Shown piece by piece: positions 52,426 through 63,337 of a stretch of 64,000 bases of DNA. The notes below the pieces were generated by a model, which saw only the letters and a program-made list of their open reading frames with translations, was not told the origin of the DNA and made no database searches. Source of the DNA: an uncultured Spirochaetota bacterium (lineage in GTDB: Bacteria; Spirochaetota; UBA4802; UBA5550); NCBI GenBank assembly GCA_963827275.1, contig CAWHAA010000002.1:256001-320000 (forward strand), given 5' to 3'. How positions within the stretch are numbered: the first letter of the stretch is position 1; the number at the start of each line of letters is the position of its first letter. The translations under genes were made by a program, and so were the position numbers.

Positions 52426-53331
52426 ATGATCCCGTTCATTTCAGATCGTTCCCGCGAAACACGGAGGGTCGTCCGGAACACGCAAGACATCATCCACCAC
52501 CTTTCTGTGGACATCGGCGAGCGGACGATCAGGAAGTACGAAAACCTCGAGGAGTCCCGGCGGTATATCATCGATTATTTCACGCGCTACGGGGGCCTTC
52601 CCCGGGAGGAAGCGTACGTCGCGTCGGGCCACAGGGTCGCCAACATCATCGCCGAGATCAGGGGGACGGAACACCCGGAGCAGATACTGCTCGTGGGCGC
52701 GCATTACGACACCATAGAGGACACGCCGGGCGCCGATGACAACGCGTCGGGCATTGCCGGCCTGCTGGAAATGTACCGTCTCGTTTCCGGGTCCCGGTAT
52801 AAAAAGACGGCGCGGTTCGTCGCCTTCACCCTGGAAGAGCCGCCGTTTTTTTCAACGGACCTGATGGGAAGCATGGTGCACGCCAGGAATTGCCGGAAGC
52901 GCAAGGACCGGATTGATCTGATGGTCTGCCTGGAGATGATGGGCTTCGGCTCCCGGCGCTGCCACCAGGATTACCCCGTGAACCACAACCGCGAAGAATA
53001 CCCGGTGTACGGGAGCTACATGAGCGTCATCTCCCTGCCCTCGAATGCGGGGTCGGTGCATGAATGGAGGAAGGTCTACAACGATCATGCCCGGTGCAAG
53101 ATATATGAATACATCGGGCCTGCGTCGATTCCCGGGATGGACCTTTCGGATCACATGTCGTTCATACGTTCGGGCTATCCCGCGATCATGCTGTCAGACA
53201 CGGGATTTTACCGGAACAAGCACTACCATTCTCCGGACGACACCTACGAAACAATAAATTTCAGGTTTTTGAGCGAATCAATCGTCACCTCAAGCGAGGC
53301 CCTGAAAGAGCTCCTCAACCGGGACGCATAG
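52426..53331 (+). CDS. M28 family metallopeptidase
   Basis: VGAHYD, PGADDNASG, FTLEE, LEM, SDH, YHSPDD. Confidence 0.92.
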   Translation: MIPFISDRSRETRRVVRNTQDIIHHLSVDIGERTIRKYENLEESRRYIIDYFTRYGGLPREEAYVASGHRVANIIAEIRGTEHPEQILLVGAHYDTIEDTPGADDNASGIAGLLEMYRLVSGSRYKKTARFVAFTLEEPPFFSTDLMGSMVHARNCRKRKDRIDLMVCLEMMGFGSRRCHQDYPVNHNREEYPVYGSYMSVISLPSNAGSVHEWRKVYNDHARCKIYEYIGPASIPGMDLSDHMSFIRSGYPAIMLSDTGFYRNKHYHSPDDTYETINFRFLSESIVTSSEALKELLNRDA

Positions 53332-53343
53332 CAGGCGGGCCGG

Positions 53344-54483
53344 TCAGGCCCGCTTCAGCACCCCGAGCAGCTCCACGTGCGGGGTCTGGGGGAACATGTC
53401 GAACGCCTCTACTGACACAAGACGGTAATTTTGTAAAACTGCTACGTCGTCCCTGAAGGTCTTCGGATTGCAGGACATGTACACGATCGTACCGGCGGTC
53501 ATCCTGTCGATCTGCTCCATGACCTTTTGCTGCATCCCGCTTCGCGGGGGGTCAAGGACGATGGTATCGTACCCGTCCGGGCCTGATGAAAGGAAATTCC
53601 TCACGTCGGCCTGCACGAATTCGGCGTTCCCGATGCCGTTGATGCCGGCGCTGGCGCGCGCGGTCTCCACCGCCTCGCCGTTCACCTCGACGCCCGTCAC
53701 GCGCTCCGCCGTCCCCGCGATGAAGAGGGAGATGCTCCCCACGCCGGCGCAGAGGTCGAGCGTCTTTCCCCGCACCTCGTCGCGGATCCTCCGGTACATC
53801 ATGAGCGCAATCTCGGCGTTGGACTGGAAAAAGGAATTGGGGGTGATCCGGTAGCGGACCCCGTCGAACGACTCGTCGATGTGGCCGCGCTTCACGGTCT
53901 CCATGATCTCTCCGAAGCTCAGGTCGGCCAGGCCGCCGTTGTGGATGAGGCTTATCGAGTCGGCGTCGCCTTCGATCGCGGCGAGCAGCTCCCCGAGCCG
54001 GTTTTCCCGCTCCGCGACAACAAAGCTCGCCATGACCTCGCCGGTGTAGCACGTTTCCCGGAGCACCGCGTAGCGGAGATAGCCCTTGTGGCGCAGGTAG
54101 TCGTATCCCTCGACTGCCTCGACAAGGGGCCGCATCTTTTTAAGCAGCGCGTCGGACTTTTCCCTCATGATGCTGCAGCCGCCGAGGTCAACCACGACGC
54201 GGAAGCTCCCGCCGCGGCGGAGGCCGAACCTGCCGAACGCGGCCACCAGGTCCATCCTGCTCCGGTAGCGGTAGGGATTCGAGGGGACGACCCGGTCAAC
54301 GGCGCCCAGGGCGCCCAGCGTGTCGTTCACCATCCGCTTTTTCAGCGCGAGCTGGCCCTCATAGGGAATGTCCTGAAACAGGCAGCCGCCGCATTCGCCG
54401 AAGTGCGGGCAGGCAGGCGCCGCACCCTCCCCGCGGTACTCGTCGGCGAGTTTCCGGATAAATGTCTTTTCCTTTTTTTTCAT
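53344..54483 (-). CDS. rlmD: 23S rRNA (uracil-C5)-methyltransferase, RlmD/TrmA family
   Basis: CPHFGECGGC, FFQSN, DLCAGVG, LDPPRSG, YMSCNP, DMFPQTPHVE; no TRAM domain. Confidence 0.88.
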   Translation of the reverse strand: MKKKEKTFIRKLADEYRGEGAAPACPHFGECGGCLFQDIPYEGQLALKKRMVNDTLGALGAVDRVVPSNPYRYRSRMDLVAAFGRFGLRRGGSFRVVVDLGGCSIMREKSDALLKKMRPLVEAVEGYDYLRHKGYLRYAVLRETCYTGEVMASFVVAERENRLGELLAAIEGDADSISLIHNGGLADLSFGEIMETVKRGHIDESFDGVRYRITPNSFFQSNAEIALMMYRRIRDEVRGKTLDLCAGVGSISLFIAGTAERVTGVEVNGEAVETARASAGINGIGNAEFVQADVRNFLSSGPDGYDTIVLDPPRSGMQQKVMEQIDRMTAGTIVYMSCNPKTFRDDVAVLQNYRLVSVEAFDMFPQTPHVELLGVLKRA

Positions 54484-54605
54484 GATTGTATCGCTGAACC
54501 AGCATTGAAAAACATGGGGCATTGTTCAACACAAAAAAAGTGCCGGATAAGAGATTAAATTTTTTCTCTCGCAGAGGCGCAAAGACGCAGAGATATAATT
54601 ATAAG

Positions 54606-54723
54606 GAATTTTCTACCTCTATAGATAAGGCCCAGGGGACACAACGCGTTTTATCTGTACCTGCCACCTGTCAGATACGTCCCTTTCTAGAACAAAAAGC
54701 GCCGAACAGGAGCCTTGAAATTT
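54606..54723 (+). repeat. Dispersed ~115-bp element, copy D
   Basis: GAATTTTCTACCTCTATAGATAAGGCCCAGGGGACACAACGCGTTTT...AACAAAAAGCGCCGAACAGGAGCCTTGAAATTT. Confidence 0.85.
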
Positions 54724-54764
54724 GCCCGACCAACCAGTGCCGCGGTTCCCCGGATAGTCAAGAT

Positions 54765-55874
54765 TCATCTGCGGATGACCGGTGACAGCTTTTCCCATAT
54801 ATCATCGAGAAACAGAAACGGCACCGGCACTGAAGTCGGCTCCTCACCCATCCGCACAAGCACCAGGTTCTCCGACGGGACAATGCTCAGGTATTGGCCG
54901 TCTCTGCCAATGGCGCAGAACATATCGCCAGGAGCATGGGGGACAAGGCTTCCCGGAAAGACGATCTGCGTTTCAGGGGCCATAAATGACTCCTTGCCAT
55001 TGAGCCACCAGAGATACCCGTAGCTCAGGTTAAGGCCCTGGGAGGTTTTGACCATATCGTTAACGTATGCGGAATACCGCAGTATCGTACTGTTGTTCCA
55101 GGCCCCATGGTTTGCTATAAGCAGTCCGAACCTGGCCATGGAACGCGGGGTGCTGTAGTACACGTGGTCATCGCCGTTCCACAGCCAGAACCCGTCCATT
55201 CCGATTGTATCGCGGATGAAGGTGTTGAAATAATCGTTAAAATCCAGTCCCGAAGCGCTCGCAAAAACAGACTCAAGCAGGGTGTAGGGCCCGTTGTGAT
55301 ATGCCCACCGTGTTCCCGCGTCCGCCTTGTATACGAGGTCCTCCGGCAGGGTGCTGTGGCTGTTCGCGACTGCATCGTCAAGCCCTGTCGTCATCGTCAA
55401 CTGGTGCCTGACGGTTATGAGGTCCTCCTGTCCCGGGTCCAGCGACGTCCATCCTGTTCCCAGATAATCAGAGGTTTTATCGTGGATGGAAAGATACCCG
55501 TCCTCAACCGCTTTTCCTATCACGGCTGCCGTAAGCGTTTTGCCGGCCGAGGCCCAGTACCAGATCGTGTTCATGTCAAACGGAGCGGTACCAGCATAAT
55601 TATTCCCGAAGTACTCCTCTATCACAACATATCCGTTTTTCAAAACAATGAATGCCCGCGTTCCATTGTCTTCCAGAAGAGTGAGAAGCGCGGGGAGCGC
55701 CGCTGTGTCCCAGCCCAGCGAATCAGGGTGTATTGTTTCCCATTCAGAACCGACAATGGGCGGGAAATACGATGCGCCGGGTATGAATACCAGGCTGTCC
55801 TGGCTTTCATCTGCACATGACATAGATGCGGCGACAAGAAAGGAGAAGATCAGGTTTCTTATAAGCTTATTCAT
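54765..55874 (-). CDS. Serine hydrolase lipoprotein (beta-lactamase-related family)
   Basis: Lipobox ASMSC; SxxK (ASAGKT), LTMTTGL, WAYHN, YGYLWW, GRDGQ. Confidence 0.88.
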   Translation of the reverse strand: MNKLIRNLIFSFLVAASMSCADESQDSLVFIPGASYFPPIVGSEWETIHPDSLGWDTAALPALLTLLEDNGTRAFIVLKNGYVVIEEYFGNNYAGTAPFDMNTIWYWASAGKTLTAAVIGKAVEDGYLSIHDKTSDYLGTGWTSLDPGQEDLITVRHQLTMTTGLDDAVANSHSTLPEDLVYKADAGTRWAYHNGPYTLLESVFASASGLDFNDYFNTFIRDTIGMDGFWLWNGDDHVYYSTPRSMARFGLLIANHGAWNNSTILRYSAYVNDMVKTSQGLNLSYGYLWWLNGKESFMAPETQIVFPGSLVPHAPGDMFCAIGRDGQYLSIVPSENLVLVRMGEEPTSVPVPFLFLDDIWEKLSPVIRR

Positions 55875-56029
55875 CAATTTTTCTGAAATACGCATCTCTA
55901 TAAGAAAATCAGAACAGGGCAAATTTCACCGCCCGGTCCGGGAGCCGAAATGGGCTTCAATTATAAATAATATATCCTGCCAGGAGACGCGCGACAAACA
56001 AAAAGATCCATATTATTTATTATATAGTG

Positions 56030-56147
56030 GAATTTTCTAGTTCTCTATATAAGGCCCAATGGACACAAAGCGTTTTATATGAAGCTGCTCCCTCTCATGT
56101 GAAACCCCCTCCGGCAGAAAAAGCGCTGGACAGAGGGCTTAAAATTC
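56030..56147 (+). repeat. Dispersed ~115-bp element, copy E
   Basis: GAATTTTCTAGTTCTCTATATAAGGCCCAATGGACACAAAGCGTTTT...GAAAAAGCGCTGGACAGAGGGCTTAAAATTC. Confidence 0.85.
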
Positions 56148-56264
56148 TTGTCCTGAGCCTGTCGAAGGATCGCACGCGCCCCCTTCGGGGGACGGGGGGG
56201 GTGGTCCGATTCCGCAAGCGGGAAGGGGGGCAAGAGGTGGGGCGGCTCCATTACGGAGATGCCC

Positions 56265-57921
56265 TCAATCAAACAGCACAACTTTCTTCCCGGGAATAAA
56301 CGCCGCGCAGCGGCGGCCCTGCAGGCATGCCCGCGCGAATTCGTCCGATTCTGCCCTGAAAAAAACGGCCCGTTCAAGGTGGGCAATACGGAATTCCGCG
56401 CCCTGATAGCGGACTGTTTCTCCCTCCGCGCGCTCCCTGAAGAAGGACCACCCGTGTTTTGTTATATCAGCGGCACGGTCCGGCCTGAGCAGGGCCGGGT
56501 ACCGGCGCGATCCCGTGCCGGCGCACCAGTCCCAGCGGAGGGCGTCGAGGAAAAAGCTTTTTTCCAGCGGAAACCGGGCGGCCGCGGCAGCGAGGAGGAA
56601 TGCGGCGCAGGCCTCCCTGCTCCTGGTGGACGGCCCGGCGGGCGCGCCTGCGGCCAGGTCGCGATACAGGTCGAAGGGCGACCCGTAGCGCGCCGCCAGG
56701 GCGCCGAGGGTGACGGGAACATGCCCGGTATTGTACAGGCGGTCGACGAGATAGGCTATGCGTTCGAGCAGGCGCATTTCCTCCGCAGTGATCCAGCGCG
56801 TCGCTGAGGTCTGGTACGGCGCGTACGGTGAGAAGGAGATGCCGCACTCGTCCGCGCGCTCGCGCATTTCGGTGCCGGGGAGCATCTTGAGGAAGCCGAG
56901 CTGGAGGTGGTGGGGCCCGAGCGCGTAGAGCGCGTTGAAGGAGCGCGCGACAGAGTCCATGTCGTCGTACGGCAGGCCGGCAATCAGGTCGAGGTGCACG
57001 TGGATGTTCCCCGGGCTGACAAGACGCCCGATCGCGGAGCGGTCGCGCTCCCATGCCCCGCCGCGGCGCACCGCGTCCCGTGCTGCCGGGTTCGTCGACT
57101 GCACGCCGATCTCGAACTGGAACAGACCCCCGGGACAGCGGGAGAGGAGCGCGAAATCCTCTTCATCGAGATGCGAGGGATGGATTTCGAAGTGAAAGGT
57201 CGTTGGACCGCCGCGGTATTCATCGATAAGAAAATCCCATATCGCGCGGTAGCGGTCACGGTCCAGGTTGAAGGTGCGGTCCACGAACTTCAGGAGTTTC
57301 GGCCCGTGGGCCAGGATGAAACGGAGCTCCTCTTTCACGGTTTCCGCGCTTTTCGCCTCCGGCTTCTGGTCGGCCCGCGAGGAGAGACAGTAGGAGCAGC
57401 GGAACGGGCAGCCGCGGCTCGATTCGTAATAGACGTAGCGGCCGGCGAGCCCGTCAAGGTCGCCGTGCGCGTAGGGGAGCGGCAGGTCCGCGAACGGCGG
57501 ATTTGGCTGGCTGATGATCTTCTCGCCGTGCCGGAAGCCCGCGTTCAACGAGGAGCCTGAAGGCCGCCTCTCCCGGTCCGGTTATGATGTAATCGATGAA
57601 GGGAAAATCCGCGAGCCATGACGCGGGGTTGTAGCTCACTTCCGGGCCGCCCAGAATGATGGCGCACACCGGGAGGGCCGCGTGGAGCGCGGGCACTATC
57701 TCTTTTACCAGCTCCGTATTCCAGATGTAGACCGAGAGTGCGACCGCGTCTGGCCGCGCGGCGGCGAGGTCCGCCGCGATTGCCGCGGCCCCCCGGTTGA
57801 TCGAGTATTCGCGAATGGCGATGTCAGCGCCGGCGCCGCGCGCGTACGACTTCAGGCAGTAGAGCGCGAGGCAGGAATGGGTATAGCGCGCGTTTACGGC
57901 GGCGAGGATGATTTTTTTCAT
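56265..57921 (-). CDS. B12-binding radical SAM protein (DUF4080 type); frameshift near 57548
   Basis: NARYTHS.LA, SVYIWN, GGPEVS, YYESSRGCPFRCSYC, KFVDRTFN, EIGVQS, HLDLIAGLP. Confidence 0.9.
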
Positions 57922-58081
57922 TCTTGAGGTCCTCTCTGGTCTTGCCCGGGCTTTGCTATAGCATGCCGGTCCGCCGTAGCAAGGAAAAAATGATGCGGTG
58001 CCATATTCTTGACAGAAATCGTCCTGTATGATAGGGTGCATAAAAGCTCTTACTGATATTGTATATGCAGGTGTTGCTGTC

Positions 58082-59427
58082 ATGCGAGTGGTGATTCTCG
58101 GCGCGGGCGTCGTGGGAATGCAGATCGCCTCCCAGCTGATTTCGGAAGGCAAGGATGTCGTTATCATAGAGAAGGACCCGGAGCGGGCGAAATACGTCTC
58201 GGGCAGGCTCGATTGCATCGTCGTGAAGGAGGAGGGCACCGGCATGGCGGCCCTCAGGCACGCGGGCATGGATGACGCGTCCATATTCATCAGCGTCACC
58301 AACTCGGACGAGGTCAACATGATCGCCTGCGGCCTGGTGACGAGCGAGTTCAAGGTGCCGGTGAAAATCGCCCGCGTCAGGAACCTCGACTATTCCAACG
58401 CGAAGATAATGGAAAAATCGTTCCTGGGCATCGATTTCATCGTCAACTCGGAGGTGGAGACGGCGCGGCAGATCGCCAACACCATCGCCCTGGGCGCGGA
58501 CAGCGACGTGATGCTCTTCGAGAACACTGACCTCCAGCTGCGGAACGTCGTGGTGCACATGGGGTCTTATTTCGCGAACAGGACCGTAAAGGAGATACGG
58601 AACCGTATCCGCGAGCCGTTCCTGATCGCGGGGATCATGCGCGAGGATGAATTCATTATCCCGACAGGCGACACCGTCGTCATGGTGAATGACAATCTCT
58701 ATCTCCTGGCGACGCGCAAGGATTTCACCAGGATCTTCATCAAGGCGGGCAAGAAGCAGGAGACGATAGACCGCATCGCCATCGTGGGCGGGGGGCGCAT
58801 CGGCGAGCTGGCGTGCGAGTACCTTATCAGGACCGGGAGGAAGATCACCATCATCGAAACGAACTACGACCGCTGCAAGGTCCTCTCGGACCGCTTCCCC
58901 GACGCGCTGGTGCTCAATGCCGACATATCCGATGAGAGTATATTCGAGGAAGAGGAGATCGGGAGCCGCGACCTCATGGTCACCGTCACGGACAACCAGG
59001 AGCTCAACATGCTGACGTGCCTCTACGCCAAAATCATGGGGGTCAAGCGCACGATCGCGCTGGTGACCAATGCCGGTTATCTCTCGATCGCCTCGCGCCT
59101 CGACATCGACGTGGCCATCAGCCCCAAGAACAGCACGGTTGACGCGATCTTGAAGTACATCCGGAGGGGGAACATCAAGGGCCTCCACAGCCTCTTCGGC
59201 GGCAAGGCGGAGGTGATTGAATTTATCGCCAACGAAAAGAGCGGCCTGATCGGGCAGACGTCTCAAGGACCTGTCCTTTCCCGAAAACACGCTCATTCTC
59301 TCCGTGGTCCGCGGGGAAAAGAACATCCTGCCCGGACGGGGATCTCGTCATAGAGCCGGGCGATCTGGTCATAATGATCGCGGCAAAGGAATCGATCTCG
59401 CAGATTGAAAGCTTTATACAGGGATGA
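58082..59427 (+). CDS. trkA: Trk potassium uptake NAD-binding subunit; frameshifts near 59260 and 59333
   Basis: Two RCK_N domains (GAGVVG, GGGRIG). The C-terminus LKDLSFPENTLI..DGDLVIEPGD..QG* is recovered after two indels. Confidence 0.92.
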
Positions 59428-59440
59428 AAGACGGCGTGCC

Positions 59441-60897
59441 ATGAATCCCCTGATTCTCGTAAAAATCATTTCAATACTGCTCGTCATCCTTTCCGGGTTC
59501 ATGGCGGTGCCGGCCGGCATCGCGCTCTTCTGCGGCGAGGTCCTCTCGGCACACGCGTTCGCGGGCACGATGGCGGCCACAATCGCGGTTTGCCGGCGCC
59601 GTGCTCATTATCCTCCGTAAATACAGGGCTGACGTAATTTCGACCAGGGACGGGTTTCTCATGGTCACCCTGAGCTGGGTGATGGCGTCCGCCATCGGGG
59701 CGATGCCCTTTTACCTTTCCGGCGCCATTCCTTCGTATACGGACGCTTTTTTTGAGACGATCTCCGGGTTCTCGACCACCGGCGCTTCCATCCTCACCGA
59801 CATAGAGTCCCTGCCGCGGTCTCTCCTCTTCTGGCGCTCCCTGACCCACTGGCTGGGCGGCATGGGGATCGTCGTTCTCGCCGTGGCGGTGCTGCCGCTC
59901 ATGGGCATCGGCGGCCTCCAGCTGATCAAGGCGGAGGCGCCCGGCCCCACGGTCGACCGACTTACGCCCCGCATCACCGGGACCGCCAAGCTGCTCTGGT
60001 TCATCTATATCGGGTTTACGGCCGCGCAGACCCTTCTCCTTATGCTGGGCGGGATGGACCTGTTCGACGCGTTGACGCACACGTTCGGCACCATGGCGAC
60101 CGGCGGGTTTTCGGTGAAAAACGCCGGCGTGGGCTATTACAATTCAGCGTATATCGACGGGGTCATCACGCTGTTCATGCTGCTCGCCGGCATCAATTTC
60201 ACGCTCCATTACCGCCTCCTGACCGGCAGGCTCAAGCACTATACGGCGGGACTCGCGAATTAAAGGCGTATCTCCTGATCTTCGCGGCATCGACGGCGGT
60301 GGTGGCTTTTTCCCTGTACGGGACAACCTGCAAAACCGTCGGGGAGTGCCTGAGGTACGCCTCGTTCCAGACCGCCAGCATCATGACCACGACCGGGTTC
60401 GCCACCGCTGATTTCGAACAATGGCCGCTGCTCGGCCAGGTCGTTCTGTTTACTCTCATGTTCGTGGGCGGCTGTTCCGGCTCGACCGGCGGCGGGATCA
60501 AGGTGATGCGGCTGGTGATACTGTTCAAGCAGGCCGTCAACGAGATGAAGACTCCTCCTCCACCCGCGCGGCGTATTCGCGCTGAAGATGAGCGGCAGCA
60601 TGGTGAAAAAGGACATCGTCTATTCCGTGTCCGGGTTCTTTTTCCTCTACGCGGCGGTGCTGCTCACGGTCACCGCCATCGCCGCCTCCGCCGGGACACG
60701 ATATCACCACCTCTTTTACCGCCGCCCTCACGACCCTCGGCAATATCGGTCCCGGCTTCGGAACGATCGGGCCCATGGAAAACTTTTCGTTTTTCGAGGA
60801 CTACGTCAAGTGGACCCTGTCGTTCGCCATGCTGGTGGGGCGTCTTGAGCTGTATACCGTCCTCGTGATCTTCCTGCCCCGGTTCTGGCGACCGTAA
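59441..60897 (+). CDS. trkH: Trk potassium uptake membrane subunit; about four frameshifts
   Basis: [57 protein letters not shown] found across shifted frames. Confidence 0.9.
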
Positions 60898-61016
60898 AAA
60901 CCGCCTGCAAATCCCCCGCGGGGGCCTTTCACGCTGGTTCTATATGAAGGATTAATGTAAATAATTTGGTTGAAAAATTTATGGCATGATTTTGTATTAC
61001 ACCTGACACAATTTCC

Positions 61017-61068
61017 CGGGGATGGAGTCCCCCCATAACCGCCGTTACAGACGGCTGATGACTCCTGC
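61017..61068 (+). ncRNA. Fluoride (crcB) riboswitch
   Basis: GGGGATGGAGTCCCC-CCATAACCGCC-gttacagac-GGCTGATGACTCCTGC has P1, P2 and the GGAG/CTCC pseudoknot; it lies 5' of an antiporter gene. Confidence 0.92.
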
Positions 61069-61100
61069 CGCGTTCGCGCGGCGGGGTCTGCATATATGCC

Positions 61101-61129
61101 AAATCCGCCGCACGGCGGATTTTTTTATT
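61101..61129 (+). terminator. Intrinsic terminator in the riboswitch leader
   Basis: AAATCCGCCG-ca-CGGCGGATTT followed by TTTTATT, just before the GGAGG RBS. Confidence 0.65.
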
Positions 61130-61139
61130 GGAGGACCCC

Positions 61140-62387
61140 ATGCTCGATATGTTCATTATCGCCACGGCCTGGCTCGCCCTGGCGGTGCTTTCAACGATCC
61201 TTGCCAACCGTCTCAAGATATCGATGGCGCTCATGGAAATATGCGTGGGCGCCCTGGCCGGGTACATCGCCACACGTTTTTTCGATCCCGACATATTAAC
61301 GCCGAACGCGGAATGGATGCGGTTCATCGCCGGGTCCGGCGCCGTTCTCCTGACCTTTCTGGCGGGGGCGGAGCTCGATCCCGTTTCCGTCCGGAAAAAA
61401 ATCAGGGAGGTTTCCGTCGTGGGCCTCATCGGTTTTTTCGCCCCCTTTATCGGCTGTTCGGCGCTTGCCTATTTTGTCCTCGGGTGGGACCCCCGCGCGA
61501 GCTTGCTCGGCGGTATTGCCCTTTCCACCACCTCCATGGCGGTGGTCTATGCGGTCATGCTGGAATACGGCTTCAACAAGACTGAATACGGCAAGGGGAT
61601 CCTCGGCGCCTGTTTCGTCAACGACCTCGGCACGGTCATCGCGCTGGGACTCATCTTTGCGCCCTTTACCTATAAAACGATCATCCTTTTTGCCTCGTGC
61701 ATTGCTCTCATCTTTGTGCTCCCCCCGATTACGGCCCGGCTCACGCGCATCTACGGGAACCGGACGGCCGCCATCCGCACGAAATGGATCGTTTTCGTGC
61801 TCTTCGGTCTTGGCGCCCTTGCGCTCTGGGCCGGGAGCGAGCCGGTCCTCCCGGCGTACATCGCCGGCATGGTGCTTGCCGGAAGCGTCGCGCGCGACGA
61901 GTTCTTCGTCCGGAGGCTCAGGACCCTTACGATCGGGTTCCTTACGCCGATCTACTTCCTCCGCGCCGGCTTCCTGGTTTCGATACCGGCGGTACTCGCG
62001 GCCCCGCTTGTGTTCCTGGCCCTGTTCGGCGGCAAGGTGATATCGAAAATATTCGGCCTCTACCCGGTGATCGGCAGGTTCAGGGAGAGCAAAAAGGAGC
62101 GCTGGTACTACACTCTGCTCATGTCAACCGGCCTCACCTTCGGATCAATCTCAGCGCTCTACGGCCTGACGCACGGGATCGTCACGCGCGACCAGTACTC
62201 GTTCCTGATCGCCGCGGTCATCGCGAGCGCGGTGGTGCCGACCATTATCGCCAACAAGGTCTTCCTGCCCGAGCATCTGCTCGCGGCACCCATGGCTGAT
62301 GAAGAGGTGCCCCAGCTCGACATGGTAACGGACGATTGGGAAAGCGGTGATCTTGATAATTATTTGAAAAGGAAAGTGAAACGATAA
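61140..62387 (+). CDS. Cation:proton antiporter (CPA2 / Na_H_Exchanger family)
   Basis: About 12 TM; FLAGAELD, LSTTSMAVV, ACFVNDLG. Confidence 0.9.
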   Translation: MLDMFIIATAWLALAVLSTILANRLKISMALMEICVGALAGYIATRFFDPDILTPNAEWMRFIAGSGAVLLTFLAGAELDPVSVRKKIREVSVVGLIGFFAPFIGCSALAYFVLGWDPRASLLGGIALSTTSMAVVYAVMLEYGFNKTEYGKGILGACFVNDLGTVIALGLIFAPFTYKTIILFASCIALIFVLPPITARLTRIYGNRTAAIRTKWIVFVLFGLGALALWAGSEPVLPAYIAGMVLAGSVARDEFFVRRLRTLTIGFLTPIYFLRAGFLVSIPAVLAAPLVFLALFGGKVISKIFGLYPVIGRFRESKKERWYYTLLMSTGLTFGSISALYGLTHGIVTRDQYSFLIAAVIASAVVPTIIANKVFLPEHLLAAPMADEEVPQLDMVTDDWESGDLDNYLKRKVKR

Positions 62388-62624
62388 CGTTCATTAGTTA
62401 TCAAGTTATCTATCGCTATCATTACAACGATATCTGTAAATTCGCTAAAATACTTATTTCACTGCATTTATGGGTAACGGAGTCCTTCATAAATTGCAGA
62501 ATTGTTATTGACTCTCAGAGTGGTGAAATATGCTTATTGTTATGAGAGCTTGATTTGCATGCATTATTTATGTACAATTTTGAAAAACTTTGTAGTAAAT
62601 ATCAGGAAAAAAAGAGGTTTTACT

Positions 62625-63317
62625 ATGATTTACAGCCATGAGATTGAAACAATGTGCCCTGTTGCAAAAGGGGCAAATCACGGCCCCGCGCCAATACCGC
62701 AAGAGGGCAAATGGACGCAGGCAAAGGAAGTAAAGGATATATCTGGCCTGACGCATGGTATCGGCTGGTGCGCTCCGCAGCAGGGCGCATGCAAGCTTAC
62801 GTTGAACGTAAAAGATGGAATAATCCAGGAAGCGTTGGTTGAAACATTAGGCTGTTCCGGCATGACCCATTCCGCGGCCATGGCATCTGAAATATTGATC
62901 GGAAAGACAATTCTTGAGGCATTGAACACCGACCTGGTCTGTGATGCCATCAACACCGCGATGAGGGAATTGTTCCTTCAAATCGTCTATGGCAGGACCC
63001 AGACGGCATTTTCAGAAGGCGGGCTGCCGATAGGGGCTGGCCTGGAAGACCTCGGCAAGGGACTGCGAAGCACGATCGGAACAATGTACGGGACATTGTC
63101 AAAAGGGCCCCGCTATATGGAAATGGCCGAGGGGTATGTGACGCATATCGGCCTTGATGCCAACAATGAAATCATAGGGTATGAATTTGTGCATCTTGGA
63201 AAAATGATGGACATGATTAAAAAAGGGACCGATGCCAATGAAGCGTTGAAAAAGGCTTCAGGAAAATACGGGCGCATCGACGAGGCGGCCAAGGTCATTG
63301 ACCCGCGGCATGAATAG
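62625..63317 (+). CDS. IscU/NifU-like scaffold domain protein (GGGtGRT-associated)
   Basis: GWCAPQQGACKLTLNVK.G.I.EALVETLGCSGMTHSA..LVCDAIN. Confidence 0.85.
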   Translation: MIYSHEIETMCPVAKGANHGPAPIPQEGKWTQAKEVKDISGLTHGIGWCAPQQGACKLTLNVKDGIIQEALVETLGCSGMTHSAAMASEILIGKTILEALNTDLVCDAINTAMRELFLQIVYGRTQTAFSEGGLPIGAGLEDLGKGLRSTIGTMYGTLSKGPRYMEMAEGYVTHIGLDANNEIIGYEFVHLGKMMDMIKKGTDANEALKKASGKYGRIDEAAKVIDPRHE

Positions 63318-63337
63318 GAAAAGGGAGGAATATAACG

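Noticed and set aside
56027..56299. ORF containing KALDRGLKIL, resembling an IclR HTH start
   Set aside because: It is a translation of repeat copy E; the other copies give non-conservative changes (KAPNRSLEI, KALEKEHKF), so the conservation is not protein-level.
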